A stretch of DNA of 64,000 bases, taken from contig JAVYWL010000001.1 of assembly GCA_038727135.1 (NCBI GenBank), positions 576,001 through 640,000 of the forward strand. Reading direction: 5' to 3'. The position numbers and the translations under genes are program-made. This document shows, one piece after another, positions 61,117-64,000 of this stretch. The number at the start of each line of letters is the position of its first letter. The first letter of the stretch is position 1. The notes under the pieces were generated by a model. The model was given only the letters and a program-made list of their open reading frames with translations, ran no database searches and was not told the DNA's origin. Source of the stretch: Candidatus Bathyarchaeia archaeon (lineage in GTDB: Archaea; Thermoproteota; Bathyarchaeia; Bathyarchaeales; Bathycorpusculaceae).

Positions 61117-61485
61117 TTAAACAAGTTTCCCGATTATGCGCTCCTCTGAAGCCTGTAGCTCTTTCATGACGCTTTGAAATGTTTTTGGTATGTCTTCTAT
61201 GTGTATGGCTCTGCGGCGGATTCCCTCTTGAATGGTTCCAGCAGCTATCAGGAGGCTTCCCAACACGTCGCTTAGGACGGGTTCTGGGAAAACTATTAGG
61301 GCTAAGCCCAGCTTGATGAGCCATGGCTTATTGCCGTTTTTCCAAAGCTTTTTGGAAGCCTTCACCTCCCTTACGGTGCCACTTAAAGACTGGAGGAAGT
61401 CGGCATAACTATCATTTAACTCGTTTAATGCTGTGGCTAGGGCTTTAGCCTCTTCTGGTTTCAGAGGAACCCCTCCTATTGGCAA
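61117..61485 (-). CDS. Hypothetical protein with hydrophobic hairpin
   Basis: LIKLGLALIVFPEPVLSD.LG..L..AG. Confidence 0.6.
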   Translation of the reverse strand: MPIGGVPLKPEEAKALATALNELNDSYADFLQSLSGTVREVKASKKLWKNGNKPWLIKLGLALIVFPEPVLSDVLGSLLIAAGTIQEGIRRRAIHIEDIPKTFQSVMKELQASEERIIGKLV

Positions 61486-61696
61486 AAGACAAGTGATGCA
61501 GTGATGCAGAAAAACTTTAACAGTTGAGAAAAGGCTTTTTCATGCTTTTCAAGTCTAAGAGGGGTTGCCGTTTTTAAAAGTCTGTTTCAAACTCCGTCTG
61601 GTTTCATTTGGCTTTTGATGTTTAAAGATGAAATTTTGTTAGGCGACGACGTGAATTAACCAAAAATATTATTTCTGAAACCTAAATAACCGTGGT

Positions 61697-62161
61697 TTGT
61701 GCAGGTGGTTTGCCAACTTGACCGATGAGCAGTACGGTTTCATTTTGCTTTCCGACGAGAAGTGGTGGAGTAGGCTTTGTGAAAGGTGCAAAAGTGGCAA
61801 GAAAACACATGCTTTTGTTCGGAGAAACGTTGTTGGTCCTAAAAGAGCTGAAAAATTGTTGTTTTATGTTAAGCGTCCATCTATGCAAATTAAGGGAGTC
61901 GCAGACTTCATAGAGCGGGTTGCCGGCGACTCTAAGAAACTTTGGGAAAAATATGGGGATGAAACGTGCCTAAACTCTTTCAAGGAATATTTGGCTTTTC
62001 TTAAGGGGAGAGAGAAAGCCACATTCATTAGGTTTACAAACTTCTGCGAGCTTAAAACCCCCGTCTCTTTTGAGGCTTTTAAGAGGCTTTCAGGCGTTTT
62101 GAAGGTGCCTAGAGGCGGTAAATACATAAATCGCGAAATAGTAAATCAGTTAATCACTTAA
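61697..62161 (+). CDS. PUA/EVE-like (DUF365-like) domain protein
   Basis: LLFYVKRP...I.G.A.F......LW..YG.E; start uncertain. Confidence 0.55.
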   Translation: MCRWFANLTDEQYGFILLSDEKWWSRLCERCKSGKKTHAFVRRNVVGPKRAEKLLFYVKRPSMQIKGVADFIERVAGDSKKLWEKYGDETCLNSFKEYLAFLKGREKATFIRFTNFCELKTPVSFEAFKRLSGVLKVPRGGKYINREIVNQLIT

Positions 62162-62183
62162 AAGTGAAGGGGCTTAAACACGT

Positions 62184-63386
62184 ATGGAGAGCTTTAACCC
62201 GGAAAAATTTGTTGAAGCGCAAATTGTGGAAATAAGGAAGATTATAGGCGGTGAAAGGGCTTTAGTGGCTGTTTCTGGCGGTGTTGACAGCACAACATGC
62301 GCTGTTCTAACACGCAAGGCTATAGGCGAAAACCTTGTCTGCGTGATTTTGGATGACGCCTTCATGCGGGAGGGCGAGCCAGAAAGGGTTGCCGAAATCC
62401 TTTTAAAAGAACCGTTTAAAGTGCCAGTTAAAATAGTTGATGTTAGGGAACGCTTCCTTAACGCCATGAAAGGCTTGCGCGATGCTGAGGAGAAGCGGAA
62501 AAGGTTTCGGGAAACCTTCTACACGGTTTTGAGCGAGACTGCGAAAAGGGAAAATTGCCGCGTTCTCGTTCAAGGAACAATCCGCGCAGATGTTGTGGAA
62601 ACCGTTGGCGGTGTGAAAACCCAGCATAACGTTTTGGAGCAGATAGGCATAAACCCCGTGGAAAAGTTCGGCTTTAAAGTTGTTGAGCCGCTTTTGATGC
62701 TTTATAAGGAGCAGGTGCGGATGGTTGCCAGATATCTTGGTCTGCCGCCGGAAGTTTCTGAAAGGCAGCCCTTCCCAGGACCGGGCTTGTCGGTTCGGGT
62801 TGTGGGTGAAATCCGCCCAGACAAGTTGGAAACGCTGAAAAAGGCGACAACGATAGTTGAAGGCGCCCTTGCCGAGCATAAGCCAAGCCAATATTTCGCG
62901 GCAATAATAGACAATGAAGAGGCACCAGCAGAGCCCTCGATATCGCATGTGAAAGAGACGGTGGCGCGGCTCCTAAATGTGCCTTCTCGGAACGTTCACG
63001 TGAAAGTTTTTAGGGACAAAGCCACTGGCGTGAAGGGCGGCGAAAGACGCTACGGAAAAATTGTCAGCATAAAGGCTGAAACGGCAGAGGGCAAAACCTA
63101 CCAAACAGATATACCTAAACTCGTTTCGTTGCAGGCGAAGATAACCAGCGAAAACCCGACAATAACAAGGGTGCTCTACGCTGTTAGGGAAATGCCGGAG
63201 AAAAAGCCCTACGTCATAAGTATAAGGGCGGTGCAGACAAAAGACTTCCTAACGGCACAGGTTTCAGAAATACCATGGAAAACCTTGGAGGGAGCGGCAA
63301 ACGCGATTATCGAAAAATGTCCAAATGTTTCAGCTGTTTACTATGATGTTACGCCTAAACCGCCAGCCACCATTGAAATGGAATAG
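62184..63386 (+). CDS. guaAB: GMP synthase ATPase subunit B
   Basis: SGGVDST, E.KRK, LVQGTI..D..E, KTQHNV, RQPFPGPGL, YDVT.KPPATIE. Confidence 0.93.
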   Translation: MESFNPEKFVEAQIVEIRKIIGGERALVAVSGGVDSTTCAVLTRKAIGENLVCVILDDAFMREGEPERVAEILLKEPFKVPVKIVDVRERFLNAMKGLRDAEEKRKRFRETFYTVLSETAKRENCRVLVQGTIRADVVETVGGVKTQHNVLEQIGINPVEKFGFKVVEPLLMLYKEQVRMVARYLGLPPEVSERQPFPGPGLSVRVVGEIRPDKLETLKKATTIVEGALAEHKPSQYFAAIIDNEEAPAEPSISHVKETVARLLNVPSRNVHVKVFRDKATGVKGGERRYGKIVSIKAETAEGKTYQTDIPKLVSLQAKITSENPTITRVLYAVREMPEKKPYVISIRAVQTKDFLTAQVSEIPWKTLEGAANAIIEKCPNVSAVYYDVTPKPPATIEME

Positions 63387-63392
63387 GCGTGT

Positions 63393-64000
63393 TTAAGTTT
63401 CCTTTTTCTCCGGCTCCCTAACTTTAAACACGACTATTAGTAGGGCAATTATGTCCAATGGAATACATAATAGGAATGGCGCTGTCGGGCTCAGATTTTC
63501 GTATAGAACGCCTCCCACAAAAGAACCTAAAGCGCTTGCAAGGATGTAAAGGGCGCCAGTGCTTCCCATTATTCTGCCCCGCATCTCTTTTGGAACAATA
63601 TCTGCCTGCAGCGCCGCCGTCGCTGGACCGAAAAGAACAGAGGCTATGGCGAAGAAGGCGTAAATTATGGCGAACATTAGAAAACTTTTGGAGAGGATAA
63701 AGAAAATCACTGTTGGTGTAAATATTGCGTGGGCTAGTATGAGGGCTTTCTTTCTTCCAAAAACATCTATGGCTTTGCCCAGTAAAAGTCCTACTGCCAG
63801 CATTGTCGCAAGATTTATCGTGTTCACTGCGCCCCACTCAACATCGCTTAACCCAACAAAATTTAGAATATAAAGGGAGCCAAAACGGTAAAAGAAAGGG
63901 TCTGTAAATGCAATAATTAGGGTTGACATTAAAAGAAAAACTAAACTTTTTGGCATCAGCTTCCAAGAAGCAAAAATTTCCTTTGCAGAGCTCTTAAACG
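63393..64000 (-). CDS. MFS transporter, C-terminal part (continues past window edge)
   Basis: G...D.FGRK motif, D.VP...RG...G; frame open to position 64000. Confidence 0.88.
   Translation of the reverse strand, partial: FKSSAKEIFASWKLMPKSLVFLLMSTLIIAFTDPFFYRFGSLYILNFVGLSDVEWGAVNTINLATMLAVGLLLGKAIDVFGRKKALILAHAIFTPTVIFFILSKSFLMFAIIYAFFAIASVLFGPATAALQADIVPKEMRGRIMGSTGALYILASALGSFVGGVLYENLSPTAPFLLCIPLDIIALLIVVFKVREPEKKET

Noticed and set aside
61492-61509. Tandem AGTGATGC duplication
   Set aside because: Only two copies of 8 nt; likely slippage or chance.

Overview
Gene-dense archaeal chromosomal segment, most likely Bathyarchaeia (Thermoproteota/TACK). This is inferred from gene content (eS26, Alba, a Cren7-like domain, PAE1156-type KaiC, archaeal MAT, TFB/Gar1), not from a database search. 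Most of it is housekeeping: purF/purD, aspS, sucCD, ribosomal proteins, tfb, cdc48, fen, glmS, split metE, pyrF, guaAB, plus one initiator tRNA-Met. No CRISPR array, transposase, integrase or rRNA was seen. The main finding is a 32-nt GC-rich insertion (40808-40839) in the protein-L-isoaspartate O-methyltransferase gene (pcm). It folds into a canonical bulge-helix-bulge motif, and cutting at the standard endonuclease sites restores the frame and the conserved SAPHM motif, so it is a candidate mRNA intron in a gene other than cbf5. Other features missing from the ORF track are a box C/D sRNA probably guiding 23S rRNA methylation near the peptidyl-transferase centre, a second C/D-like inverted-repeat element, an 18-aa Lys-rich ORF with its own promoter and RBS, a small RHH gene, three broken genes and a degenerate dispersed intergenic element. 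All family assignments are by eye from motifs.
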